Shown here: positions 53,099 through 64,000 of the stretch, one piece after another
How positions within the stretch are numbered: position 1 is the stretch's first letter
Layout: every line of letters begins with the position of its first letter
DNA from: Octopus vulgaris
Taxonomy: Eukaryota
Direction of reading: 5' to 3'
Length of the DNA stretch: 64,000 nucleotides
Assembly (NCBI GenBank): GCA_951406725.2
Contig: OX597820.1
Location: 49,414,001-49,478,000 of the forward strand
The notes under the pieces: model-generated
What the model saw: the letters and a program-made list of their open reading frames with translations, nothing else
Told to the model about the DNA's origin: nothing
The model's database searches: none
Program-made: the position numbers and the translations under genes

Positions 53099-54320
53099 TG
53101 CCTGTCCCAGCCAGACATTGATCAAAATCTAACACACCAATGGCTACAAGGGACAGGTCTGAAAGGGGAAATGGAAGGTTTTGCTATTGCAGCACTAGAT
53201 CAGAGCTTACCTATCAGAAACTGCCATGCAAACGTCCTTAAAGATGAATCTGACACCTCGTGCAGAATTTGCGGAAAATTCACAGAGGCAATTGATCATG
53301 TTGTCTCTGGCTATCCAGTCCTCGCTGAAAAGGAGTAACTCATAAGACATGACAGACTAGTGCAGTACATCCACTGGAATGCTTGTAAATACTACAAAAT
53401 TAAATGCCTTGATAAGTGGTACAGGCACCATCCAGAAGGCGTCACCATCCTTTCGAATTTCCCAATACAAACAGACAGAAAAATTGACTCCAATCGACCA
53501 GACATTGTGATCTAGGACCACAACAGAGGAACTTGTCTGTTAATAGATATGTCTGTCTTACAAGATAAAAATGTCTCAAGAAAGGAATACGGAAACCTTT
53601 CTTACTATAAAGATTTGCAAATTGCAATCACAAAAATGTGGAAGCTAAATACTACGATAATACCAGTAGTAACTGTTTCGTTGAGAATGATAAAGAAGGG
53701 AGCTGGGGAGTATATTCTTTTCTACTCTTGGCACAAGGCCCAAAATTTTGGGGGAGGAAGGGCCAGTCGATTAGATCGATCCCAGTACGAAACTGGTACA
53801 TAATTTATCGACCCCAAGGCAAAATCGACCTCGGCGGAATTTGAACTCAGAGCGTAAAGACAGACGAAATACCTATTTCTTTACCACCCACAAGGGGCTA
53901 AACACAGAGGGGACAAACAAGGACAGACAAACGGATTAAGTTGATTATATCGACCCCAGTGTGTAACTGGTACTTATTTAATCGGCCCCGAAAGGATGAA
54001 AGGCAAAGTCGACCTCGGCAGAATTTGAAATCAGAGCGTAAAGGCAAACGAAATACCGCTAAGCATTTCGCCCGGCGTGCTAATGTTTCTGCCAGTTAGC
54101 CGCTGAGAAGTATATTAAGCAACACCCTGGTAACTCCAATTTCCTTGAACTACAAAAGATAACCTTGGTAGGTGCAGCCCATATACTACGATAGCACTCT
54201 CGATCTAAAATGGAATAAATGTGGTTATAATTTTAGCATGCATAACAAAACAAAAGTGCCCTTGCTGCTCTTAGTCTCCGCAGGATGCCCGGTACTAGGG
54301 CAGCTGAAATAAAGTTATAA
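53099..54320 (+). mobile_element. 5'-truncated R4/Dong-clade LINE, interrupted by a SINE
   Basis: THQWLQGTGLKGEMEGFAIAALDQSLPIRN..CRICGKFTEAIDHVVSG..RHDRLVQYIHW..NFPIQTDRKIDSNRPDIVI..LLIDMSV..YKDLQIAITKMWKL. The frame resumes at about 54105 with ELQKITLVGAAHILR. Confidence 0.92.
53715..54100 (-). mobile_element. SINE family B copy nested in the Dong-like LINE
   Basis: Family B consensus, flanked by an approximate TSD GCTGGGGAGTATATT / GCTGAGAAGTATATT. Confidence 0.88.
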
Positions 54321-54329
54321 TGAAAAGAA

Positions 54330-55368
54330 ATGCTGTCGAGCCAAGTAGGAAAGCAGCATAGAATAGTATATCAAAAATGAAGTGGAGCCCAGTGAAGAAA
54401 ACAGTCTAGCGTATTATATAAAAAATACCGTGGAGCTACTTTTGAAACACACGAAGAAGGTCGGCGTCATCAAAACTAAAAATTGTGTAACTAAAGAAAA
54501 ATCTAAACAAGAAGTGTACTGGAAGAAAGAAAAAGCATGGAAAGAAAAAAAATGTACAGTTAGTTTGCAAGAGATGTGAACGCCAACACAGATACAGTGG
54601 ACCGGTGGCTTTGTATGAGGAGAAGTGGCCTGAAGACAGAGGCAGAAGCACTCATATGCGGGGCCCAGGAACAAGCGTTAAGGACCAATTATATGAAGTG
54701 CAATATTGATAACACTGCCGATAGCGACAAACGCAGAATGTGTGGTGAGAGGAGTGAAACGGTGTGGCACATCGTTAGTGAATGCCCGAAATTGACACGA
54801 CGGGAATATAAAAGACAACGTGACACAATGTGGCAAGAATGATCCACTGGGAGCTCAGTGGAAACCACAGCCTACAAACAGCAAACTCCTGGAGGCGTCA
54901 CCGAAAATAAGAATTGCAAAATACTATGGGATGCAATGATCCAGTGTGATCACCTGACTAGGCATCGGAAACCGGACATTGTTGTGGTGAATAAAAAATA
55001 AATAATAGTGTGATAATCGGCATAGCATGCGCCGGTAACAACAGGATTCATTTGAAAGAAGAAACAATACATAACTATGACGATTTAAATTGGGAAATGA
55101 GAAGATTGTGGTTAATGAAGAGAATAGACACGATATCAATAGTAACTGGTGCACATGGAAATTATCTGCACTCAACTACCAGCATGGCTGAAAAACATCG
55201 GTGTAAGTGTGAAGGTAGAACACCTACAAAAATCAGCATTGTTTGGAAATGCAAGAATTCTTCGCAGGATTCTTGAAGCAGGACCAGTAAATAAGTGTCA
55301 CCTTAGTCTGTTGGCTGTTGACACCTGACACTTTCCATCATACCGAGCAAAATAACGTGTGAATTTTC

Positions 55369-55370
<2 letters not shown>
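54330..55370 (+). mobile_element. Second R4/Dong-clade LINE 3' fragment (different subfamily) ending in (AAT)n
   Basis: WKEKK..RWLCMRRSGLKTEAEALICGAQEQALRTNYMK..RMCGERSETVWHIVSECPKL..ILWDAMIQCDHLTRHRKPDIVVV..YDDLNWEMRRLW, followed by a (AAT)n tail at 55370-55438. Confidence 0.92.
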
Positions 55371-55438
<68 letters not shown>

Positions 55439-55859
55439 CGATCAAACTTGAGATTTTATAAGGGTGATACTCAAGCTTTCATGTTACCGATTTTCGATAC
55501 AGTTGAAGAGTATATTTTAAATACCCATCTCTAAAGGCATTAAATATTTGGCAAAAACTATTCGTATGCATGATATACAGTAAGGCATAAAAAATTCAAA
55601 TATAACATTAAGAACATGAAACTGTTGAAAGTATATGTAGATGCAAAACTAGTCAGGAAACAATGTGTATAAGTGACAAAACGGAAGGGAAGGGAAGGAA
55701 AGAATTAGAGAAAACAGAGTAGGGAAAGGGGGCGAATACATAAATATTAAAGAAAGAAACAAACAAACAATCAAACAAAAAACAAAGTAATAGAAAGAGA
55801 GAAAGAAACAGAGAAGGAAAGAGAGAAAAGAAAAGAAAAAGAAAAAAAGAGAAAGAAAT

Positions 55860-55925
55860 GGGCAGACAGACAGACAGACAGACAGGCAGATAGATAGATA
55901 GATAAATAGATAAATAGATAGATAA

Positions 55926-55970
<45 letters not shown>

Positions 55971-55981
55971 TAGATAGATAT

Positions 55982-56035
<54 letters not shown>

Positions 56036-56048
56036 GGATAGATGGATG

Positions 56049-56123
<75 letters not shown>
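55860..56123. repeat. (GACA)n/(GATA)n microsatellite
   Basis: Direct reading of the sequence. Confidence 0.95.
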
Positions 56124-56124
<1 letters not shown>

Positions 56125-56453
56125 TATTTCTTTATTAGCCACACAGGGCTGCACACAGACGGGACAGATTACAAAGTAGAGCTTTTCTTTTTGGGGGAAA
56201 GAAGAAAAAAGGTGGGTAGGTTTTCGATCGAAAGGAATCGTAAAAGGGAAAGGAGAAGAAGAAGAGAAAAAAAACAAAAAAAAAAGGAAAAGAAACAAAA
56301 GGAAAAAAAACGAACAATAGGGATCGTGTATCACAGTGTCATGATGTAAGGTGTAAAGGGGGAAGCAGATAAGGTTTATCCGTGGGAAGAAAAGCCTACG
56401 GAAAAGACCACGGTAACCTCGGTCAATATTGTTGCATGTTACCACATTTGTTG
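56124..56453 (-). mobile_element. Second copy (3' UTR only) of the Tx1-like LINE, again inside (GATA)n
   Basis: TTTCTTTATTAGCCACACAGGGCTGCACACAGA ... GAAAAGCCTACGGAAAAGACCACGGTAACCTCGGTCAAT matches 15308-15616. (GATA)n flanks both sides. Confidence 0.9.
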
Positions 56454-56507
<54 letters not shown>

Positions 56508-56532
56508 CAGACGGAATATGTGTTAGAATAGA

Positions 56533-57243
56533 AAAGGTCATCCATTAAATAATGCGTTTTTTCACTTGCATGAACTAAAAGTCGGAGGAATAACCTGCCT
56601 GCGACAACTTGCTATAAAAGCTGTCGCTCAAGTCAACGCTAGAAGAAAAACAACCATCTTTGGTTTGAAGACGAAAGGTGGTCTTCCATTAGGATAATGC
56701 TCGGCCACATACAGCGAGGATGACATTCCAAAGGCTGGTGCAGTTTGAATGGTAAACGATGCCCCACCGAACAGATTCGCCGGATATTGCCCCATCTGAT
56801 TATCATTTATTCCGCAATCTTCAAAATCATTTTGACAGAAAAAAGTATGAATTCTGTAGACGAAATTAGGACAGTATTGGAGGAGTATCTTTCGTCACGG
56901 ACAAGTGAATTTTGGAAGAGGGGCCTTGCAAGTCTATCAGTTAGATGAATAGAAAATGAAAGTGTGTTTATTTCAGATTAAAAAAGAATTTCGTTTATAT
57001 TAATTTTGAAAAATAAACGAAGTATTAAAAATCCAGGGAAAGTTTATGAAAAAGACAAAAGACGAAGACAGGTGGTGTACAATACAAACAGATGTATTAG
57101 CATAACGCTCAGGAATATAAAGTCTTTTACGTTTCGAGCCTACGCGCTTCTACAGAAAGGGACACAGAAAAAACAAAGAGAGAAAAAAAAATGTGTGTAA
57201 TGGCTAACGATCTATTCCACTTTATTTATGGGATGACCCAATA
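56533..57243 (+). mobile_element. mariner (DD34D) transposon remnant, internally deleted
   Basis: VFH*DNARPHTARMT..TMPH..SPDIAPSDYHLFRNLQNH..EFWKRGLASLSVR*. TIR-like ends AGGTCATCCATTAAATAA / TTATTTATGGGATGACCCAATA. Confidence 0.88.
57035..57215 (-). mobile_element. Probable Penelope-like pLTR fragment nested near the right TIR of the mariner
   Basis: Interrupts the mariner end. The minus strand has the hammerhead-like stretch TTTCTGTAGAAGCGCGTAGGCTCGAAACGTAAAAGAC. Confidence 0.5.
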
Positions 57244-57364
57244 CTTTGTACGACTTAATTTATGGAGAAAGATTTTGCTTTTTATGAAGGAAGGTGAAAT
57301 TATGTGTGGGTAAGATGTATTCCAGCTTTGCAGCACTCTTTCAATTTGAACTTATTCTTATATT

Positions 57365-57502
57365 TTTTTTTTACTTGCTTCAGTCATTTGCCTGCAGCCA
57401 TGCTGCAGCATTGCCTGTAGTCGAACAAATCGACCCCAGGACTTATTTTTTGTAGGCCCTGTACTTATTCTATCGGTCTCTTTTGCCGAACCGCTAAGTT
57501 GT
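57365..57502 (-). mobile_element. SINE family A 3' part
   Basis: TTACTTGCTTCAGTCATTTG ... CTATCGGTCTCTTTTGCCGAACCGCTAAGTT. Confidence 0.8.
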
Positions 57503-57587
57503 GGTTGGGAAGCATATGTTAACACTTCCAATCAATTAAGATTAGAAGCCTTGAGAGCCACTACCTCGTACTGCGTTAGGGTATTTC

Positions 57588-57631
<44 letters not shown>

Positions 57632-58286
57632 GCTTATGCTGCTGCTGCTGCTGCTGTTGCTGTTCTTGTTCTTGTCGTTGTAGCTGCTGCTGTTGTTATC
57701 ACTAGTATCATAATTACTACTACTACCGGCACTAATATTGCTGCTTCTGCTTCTGCTGCTGCAGCTGATGATGATGATGATAATACTGATGATGATGACG
57801 ACAATATTTTAGTTAATGGAACAACGACGGATTACTCGGCAAATCAAAAATAATTTACAGTTTAGGGATAAATCATCGATAAATATTGCGTAGGTAGATA
57901 CAAGATAAAACAACAGAAAACAGAGTTTATAATATAAGCGAAGCATAAATGAATTCATATTAAACACGAGAGAAGAACAGGAAGATGAAACAGCAAATAA
58001 CGTAGATTACCTTTGGTTTATATTACAATTTACTTTGTTCTAAACCTTGCAAATGTCGAAGAATAATATAATTCAAACTTGAAATAATATATGAAGTCAA
58101 ATATCAAATCTCGATAGTTTATGGCTTGAAAACATTAGAACAATAATCGAAGCGCATATTAAACGTATGTGGGTAGTTGACGCTGATATCTATTACCCAA
58201 ATGATTCAATTAGATCCGAGTTATTTGAGATTAGTTGTAGGAAGTATTAGCGCAGCACAAGAGTGGGCCTCACGTGTTTGCCGGTA

Positions 58287-58346
<60 letters not shown>

Positions 58347-58491
58347 TTCTCTCCCTCTCTTTCTCCCTCTCTCTGTATATATTTACGCAAACACACACAC
58401 ACACACATATATTGTGTGCGAAGGGTAAATTGTCGCCATTTTATACATTTAATTTCGTATATGCGCATTGTTTGCTTTTGACTTGGCCCAC

Positions 58492-59261
58492 TACAGTGTG
58501 GTAGGGTCAGTAGGGCACCGTCTGTGAGAAAAACAACACCAGGAAGAAATTCACTCTGCCAGAAATTTGGAAACGACATGCTATACTGCGTGGCATTTGC
58601 GCTGAAAGCTCCAATATGAACAGATGATGAACACAGAGTAGAACTGGGTGTTTGCTGTGTCCCCAAGACATGTACCGAGAGTGATAATAATCAAACATCC
58701 AGTAAACATCATGGTGTTTGTAGTGATGACTTCCATTCATCTTCCCACACAGTCTCGGACTCAATACGAAAGTCCTTCATCAAGTACGTGGAGGAAGTAG
58801 TGATGCCCTGGGTCAAGAGGGTGGCTGCTGGAAGACCTCTGCACTATGCCACGCAATCAGGAAAACCCAGTCATGATTTCCAGACAATTTCTGCGACCGC
58901 ATCACCCCTAACATCTGGCGACATAACTCCCTAGACTGCAGTCCCCTTCGTTATTATGCATGAGGCACAGGTGAGCGAGAGATCAACAAATCTCCTTGTA
59001 ACATCAAAGATGAACTGAAAGCATGGATTATGCTGCCACAGCATTCACTAACTTCAACAGGAAGATCGCCCAGAAGAGTTGCAAGATTCCGAAGTCGTCT
59101 CAAAGTCGTTGTTGAAGCCAATGGTGATTTTATTGAATAAATTTACTCCTTACTATGTCAAGATATTTTTGTGTAATTTTGGTAAATATATCTTTCAAAA
59201 TGAGATGTCAGTGTTATTTTCTATCTTAGCGTAATTTAGACGACAATATAATCACCGCACA

Positions 59262-59266
<5 letters not shown>
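58492..59266 (+). mobile_element. Tc1/mariner superfamily (maT/DD37D-like) transposon remnant
   Basis: TA-CAGTGTG ... CACACTG-TA ends. Translated pieces: KHPVNIMVF, PWVKRVAAGRP, ITPNIWRHNSLDCSPLRYY (WPPNSPDCNPLDY-like) and RLKVVVEANGDFIE*. Confidence 0.82.
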
Positions 59267-59322
<56 letters not shown>

Positions 59323-59682
59323 TACGTGCACAAGCGCACAGATGTATATATATAACCACTTTTGGCATATGAGAAGAGAACGTCTATAAATGTCAATGCG
59401 AAGCTTTAACGATACTACATAGCGTTCCATACACAGCAGACTACATTACATGCAACACCGTATACGTATGCAGTCGTACATACAGGCACAGACAAATATG
59501 TATATGTGTGTGTGTGTGTGTGTGTGTATGCACGTGTGTGAACGGGTGCATGAATACAAATATTCACATGCATATATATATTACTTAAACGCACGTGTGT
59601 GTGTGTCTCTGTGTGTATATATATATATATAAATATATATATACATACATATACAAACATCTATATATTCATGTATGCATGC

Positions 59683-59735
<53 letters not shown>

Positions 59736-59779
59736 CATACATACATACATACATACATGCATACATACATATGCATATT

Positions 59780-59811
<32 letters not shown>

Positions 59812-60519
59812 TGTGTGCGAGCCTGCGTGTATTTGTATGTGTGTGTTTGTATGTATGCACGTGTCGCGTGTGTGTATGTGTGTGCACGTTTTTTCGGGGC
59901 CTATGTATATGTGTATGGGTGTATGCTAAGATTTTATTATTTCCGGCTATTGGTAATCGTTATTTATTGCGAAAGGGAAAGAAACCATAACATTTTACTA
60001 AATTTATAAGATTTCTTGGCCGAATTCTTTATCTTTGTTTCGTGTATTTTTGACTTATTCTATATCTTTTCCATTATCTGCTTGTGTGCATGCATACATA
60101 CATATATACATACATACATACATACATACATACATACATACATACATACATACATACATACATACATACATACATGCATACATATTAAACATACTCACAT
60201 ATATACCTGCATACATACCTTCACACACATATTCTAAGAAACGCATACTCAAATACAAACACATATATATGATGTCATTTGCGTATATGTTTTTCGTTAA
60301 TATACTTCTTATTATTCTTTATATTATCACCCACGATATTATCATTATTATGAATATATATGTATACAAATCTGCATGTTGTTATCGTTGGTTTTGTTGT
60401 TTATCTCGTTATTATTTTTATGAACTGTCTATACCATTTCGCACAAAATTTTGTGGATTTCTAACAAAGTTAGCTATCTTTCTTCTTTATGGAAATAGGT
60501 GGGGGTCGGCTCTTTATTG

Positions 60520-60945
60520 GTAAAATCAATACAGCATCGGACATAATTACTTGTGGTAAACTTAATTGTGGCTCATTCCTTCTAAGTTCAAAACCCGATG
60601 GTGTAGATTTCGCTTTCTATGCTTTCCATGTTGATAAAATAAAGTACAAGTGAAGTTAGCGATTAACATCTCTCCGCAACATATTTTTGTTTTTGTCTAA
60701 AACAGAAAAAGCAAGACGGGCATGGATTCTACAGAATCGTTAGATCGCTCTAAAAATCGTCTTGAAGTATTTATTCTGGCTCCTTATAGTTTTTACGCCC
60801 TTAGTTCAAATCCCGCCGAGGTCAGCTGTACCTGTTATCATTTCATGAGCAAAGAAGCAAAACATCAATTAGATACCGAGGTTTATGTAACCAACTATCA
60901 CTTCATTAAATTTGCTGACCTTGTACTTACAGTTGCAAAAAAATT
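60520..60945 (+). mobile_element. Two decayed SINE family B copies in tandem
   Basis: AGTTCAAAACCCGATGGTGTAGATTTCGCTTTC..GATAAAATAAAGTAC and CAGAATCGTTAGA..AGTTCAAATCCCGCCGAGGTCAGC. Confidence 0.6.
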
Positions 60946-61269
60946 ATAATAATAATGAAGAAAACTATCTTGTGTCATTTGTCAATTTTTCAAATCAAAC
61001 CTGGCCGCATTTATCGTGTAAGAAGAGATGTGATAATCAGCATATACTAGATGTTTGGAGAATAGGATAGCAGAATCGCTAGACAAATTATGTACAGCAA
61101 TGCTTCGATATACGTGTTAATTTGTTCCCGGTGATAGCTCGTAAAGTGAAAACTCGTAAAACAGAGTGATAATTTTCCATAACAGCATAGAAATTTTATG
61201 CCGTCATTTTATTTCGTCGTTGTGTAAACATGAAGCAACCACTGTTGCCACACACGCAAAATGGCTGTT

Positions 61270-61568
61270 TTACTCTTTTACTTGTCGGTCATTTGACTGT
61301 GGCCTTGCTGGAGCACCGCCTTTAGTCGAGAAAATCAACCCCAGGACTTATTCTTTGTAAGCCTAGTACTTATTCTTTTGGTCTCTTTTGACGTACTGCT
61401 AAGTTACGGGGATGTAAATACACCAGCATCAGTTGTCAAGCGATGTTGGGGGGGGACAATTACAGACACACAAACATATACACACACACATATATATATA
61501 TATATACATATCTACGACGGGCTTCTTTTCAGTTTCCGTCTACCAAATCGACTCATAAAGCTTTGGTT
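61270..61568 (-). mobile_element. SINE family A copy, 5'-truncated
   Basis: TTTTACTCTTTTACTTG ... GGGCTTCTTTTCAGTTTCCGTCTACCAAATC. Confidence 0.85.
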
Positions 61569-63709
61569 GAACACTTTGAAGTTTTTAACGTTATACTATA
61601 AGAGGTGAATTATCAAATACTGCACCCATAATGTTAAAACATCTTTAAATCATCAAATAATAATGTGATACATTGCGGACTTTTAAGGAAGTTTTAAAGA
61701 ACAGAAAGCTTAATATACACCTAAGGCATTAGTAATGAAAGAATAGTATGTATTTGAAAGGAAATCAGGATTATACATGAGATCCTTGAAACAGTAGTGC
61801 TACATTTTCTTAGCTAAAAGAAAATGTATTGGCACCAGATCATTCTTCTTGCGGTAATGAAATCACCGAATACTCACCGAATATAAATTTAGAAGGCATG
61901 ATAAAATATTAAGCTATTGGAATTGTCCGTTCCAAGAGGAGATTATTTTGCTAAGAATTTACAGTATATTCTGTTATCAGACGATACAATAGAGGTGGTA
62001 TTTCGTGGGTTCTACAGTAAAATTTGACATCCACATTGAATTAATGTGGGTCTAGTTGCTTTGCGTAAAGATGTCCAATTTACGGTTTATGTCCGATATC
62101 TGACAGATTATAGAAAATTAATGAATTATTTATTCTGCAAAGCCTTTTCCGTTTTAATAAATGGAAATTCCTTTTAACAATAAATATAAATAAAACTAGA
62201 ATGAACATCTCAGGACACGCAACAACGGTCCCTATTTAAATGTTTGGAGCATGTCGATTTTGCGGAAAGGTAAAGGGAATTAATCCTCGTTTTATTTTAT
62301 ATTTTATTTTTCTTAAGGTTGTTGTTTTTTTTTGGGTTTTTTTTGCTGAGAGAAAGCGTAACATTAACATATATACCATTTAAATCAGGTTTAACGTTAA
62401 ATCGCAAAATTTATAAAATTTGTAAATTTCTGAGTAACTGATTTTTCAGTAATTTTTGTTCTTCAATTGGATCTGAATATGAACACTCAGTGATCAGATG
62501 ATTATCTTGCAGGAGAGTTATGCAGTGAGTCATGTCTCAACGAAATGAAGTAGAAATATTTTATCTGTAAAAAATCATCTTTTAGCTTCCAGATTTTAAG
62601 ATTCTAACTAGATTATCTTCCGATATATTTTTTTCTGAATTGATTGTCTTAAATATTTCTCTACAAGGCAATCTTGAAAAAAAATTACTGGTTTCATAGG
62701 GGAAATAATGCATTTAAGAAAAAACACATACTGTGGAAACGGAAAATGGATCAAGAAAAAAAAACACATCATCTTTTCTAGCATTCAATTTACTAAAGAA
62801 AAGATTACGGATAATAATTTTAATGACGTACAAAATATTATCTTGAACCATCTGGCAAAATTAATAACAAAACTAAATCCCCATATCCTAAAAGAAGTGC
62901 TGTAAAATACATTTGGATGCCACTTCCATTTAGTACTGACATTAACGATTTGCATGGGGAAATTGTCAACATTAATAAATTTCCAAAAGTGTTTATTGAA
63001 TGATGTGACAGTTATAATTTCAATAAAAATGTCGAATATCAGAACATTGTGTTTGAATGTAAAGAAGGAAAAACCAATTGTTGGAAATGAAACGACGACG
63101 GTGCTTCTTTCCTTTGCTACAACATATATGCGAATAGGGGATTTCTACCTTACTTAATACAAGAGGGAAGCTAGGAAACAATTTGCAACTGGAATATTCC
63201 TTTAAATGAAGCATATCGAAGATAAAATCTTGACTGGAAGAAGTTTCTAAACTTCTCTGTTATCAGGGTTCTCATTAAATTGCATAAATGAGCATATATT
63301 TTCATGGAAGTAAGTGTAGCATTTTGGAACCTTACCATAAAATGAAGAAATGGCAGGTTTGCACTCAACGTGTATAAGCAGATTTTCTGTTATGAACCCT
63401 ACCACTTTATAATTAATATATCTAAATCTTGGTGTAAAATAATCTTTATAACATATTCTAAACTACCACAGTAGCTTTTCTTTATAAGAAACGATATTTT
63501 ATTGCAATAGGCTATTTCATTACGATAGACCAACTTATAGTTTTACAATACTTGAATAATTATGTTGCGGCTTATCAATAATAGTGATATCTAAAATATA
63601 TGGCTCGAAAAATATATTTAGTAACTTATTATCGTATAATAAGCTATCGTAAAATAAATTGGTTATAGTCAGCTGTAGATCCCTTCTTAAAGAATAAAAT
63701 TAATTTTCA

Positions 63710-63930
63710 GTAATTGGTAGATGTAAAGCAGCAAACTGACAGAATCATTAAGACGCCGGGGAAAATGCTTAGCAGTATTTCGTCCGACTTGACGTTTTTC
63801 CAGCGAGGTCGACTACGCTTTTCATCATTTCAGGGTTAATAAAATAGGTTCCAGTTGATCACTGGAGCCGACGTGATCGACTTACCCTCTCCCTGAAATT
63901 ACTGGCCTTGCCCCAAAATTTGAAATCACT
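63710..63930 (+). mobile_element. SINE family B copy
   Basis: CAGAATCATTAAGACGCCGGGGAAAATGCTTAGCAGTATTTCGTCC...GAGGTCGACTACGCTTTTCATC...GGCCTTGCCCCAAAATTTGAAA. Confidence 0.75.
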
Positions 63931-64000
63931 ATGTATTAGAGGCACGGAGAAAATCCATCTTAATCATCCATCCTTTTCTAGGTTTATGATACTAGATTAG

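Overview
Eukaryotic, AT-rich and microsatellite-dense genomic DNA, most likely intronic or intergenic sequence from an octopod cephalopod. That assignment is an inference from the SINE repertoire and repeat landscape, not from a database search. Almost all ORFs in the supplied track are artefacts of (TA)n, (GATA)n, (TAA)n, (CA)n and (GTG)n repeats, and no complete protein-coding gene is visible. The real content is decayed mobile DNA: R4/Dong-type RLE LINE 3' fragments next to (TAA)n, a young Tx1/L1-clade 3' fragment plus a second 3'-UTR copy both embedded in (GATA)n, RTE and CR1 remnants, at least four tRNA-derived SINE families, Tc1/mariner remnants and MITEs, hAT MITEs and a non-autonomous Helitron. 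The most notable items are (1) a short Penelope-type pLTR family sitting in (TA)n and carrying minimal hammerhead-ribozyme motifs with a CCGAYGA core, (2) an apparently (GATA)n-targeting Tx1 LINE with a conserved 3'-UTR stem-loop, and (3) scattered + strand splice-site-bounded candidate exons of a long-intron host gene, including a plausible start exon at 43497-43752.
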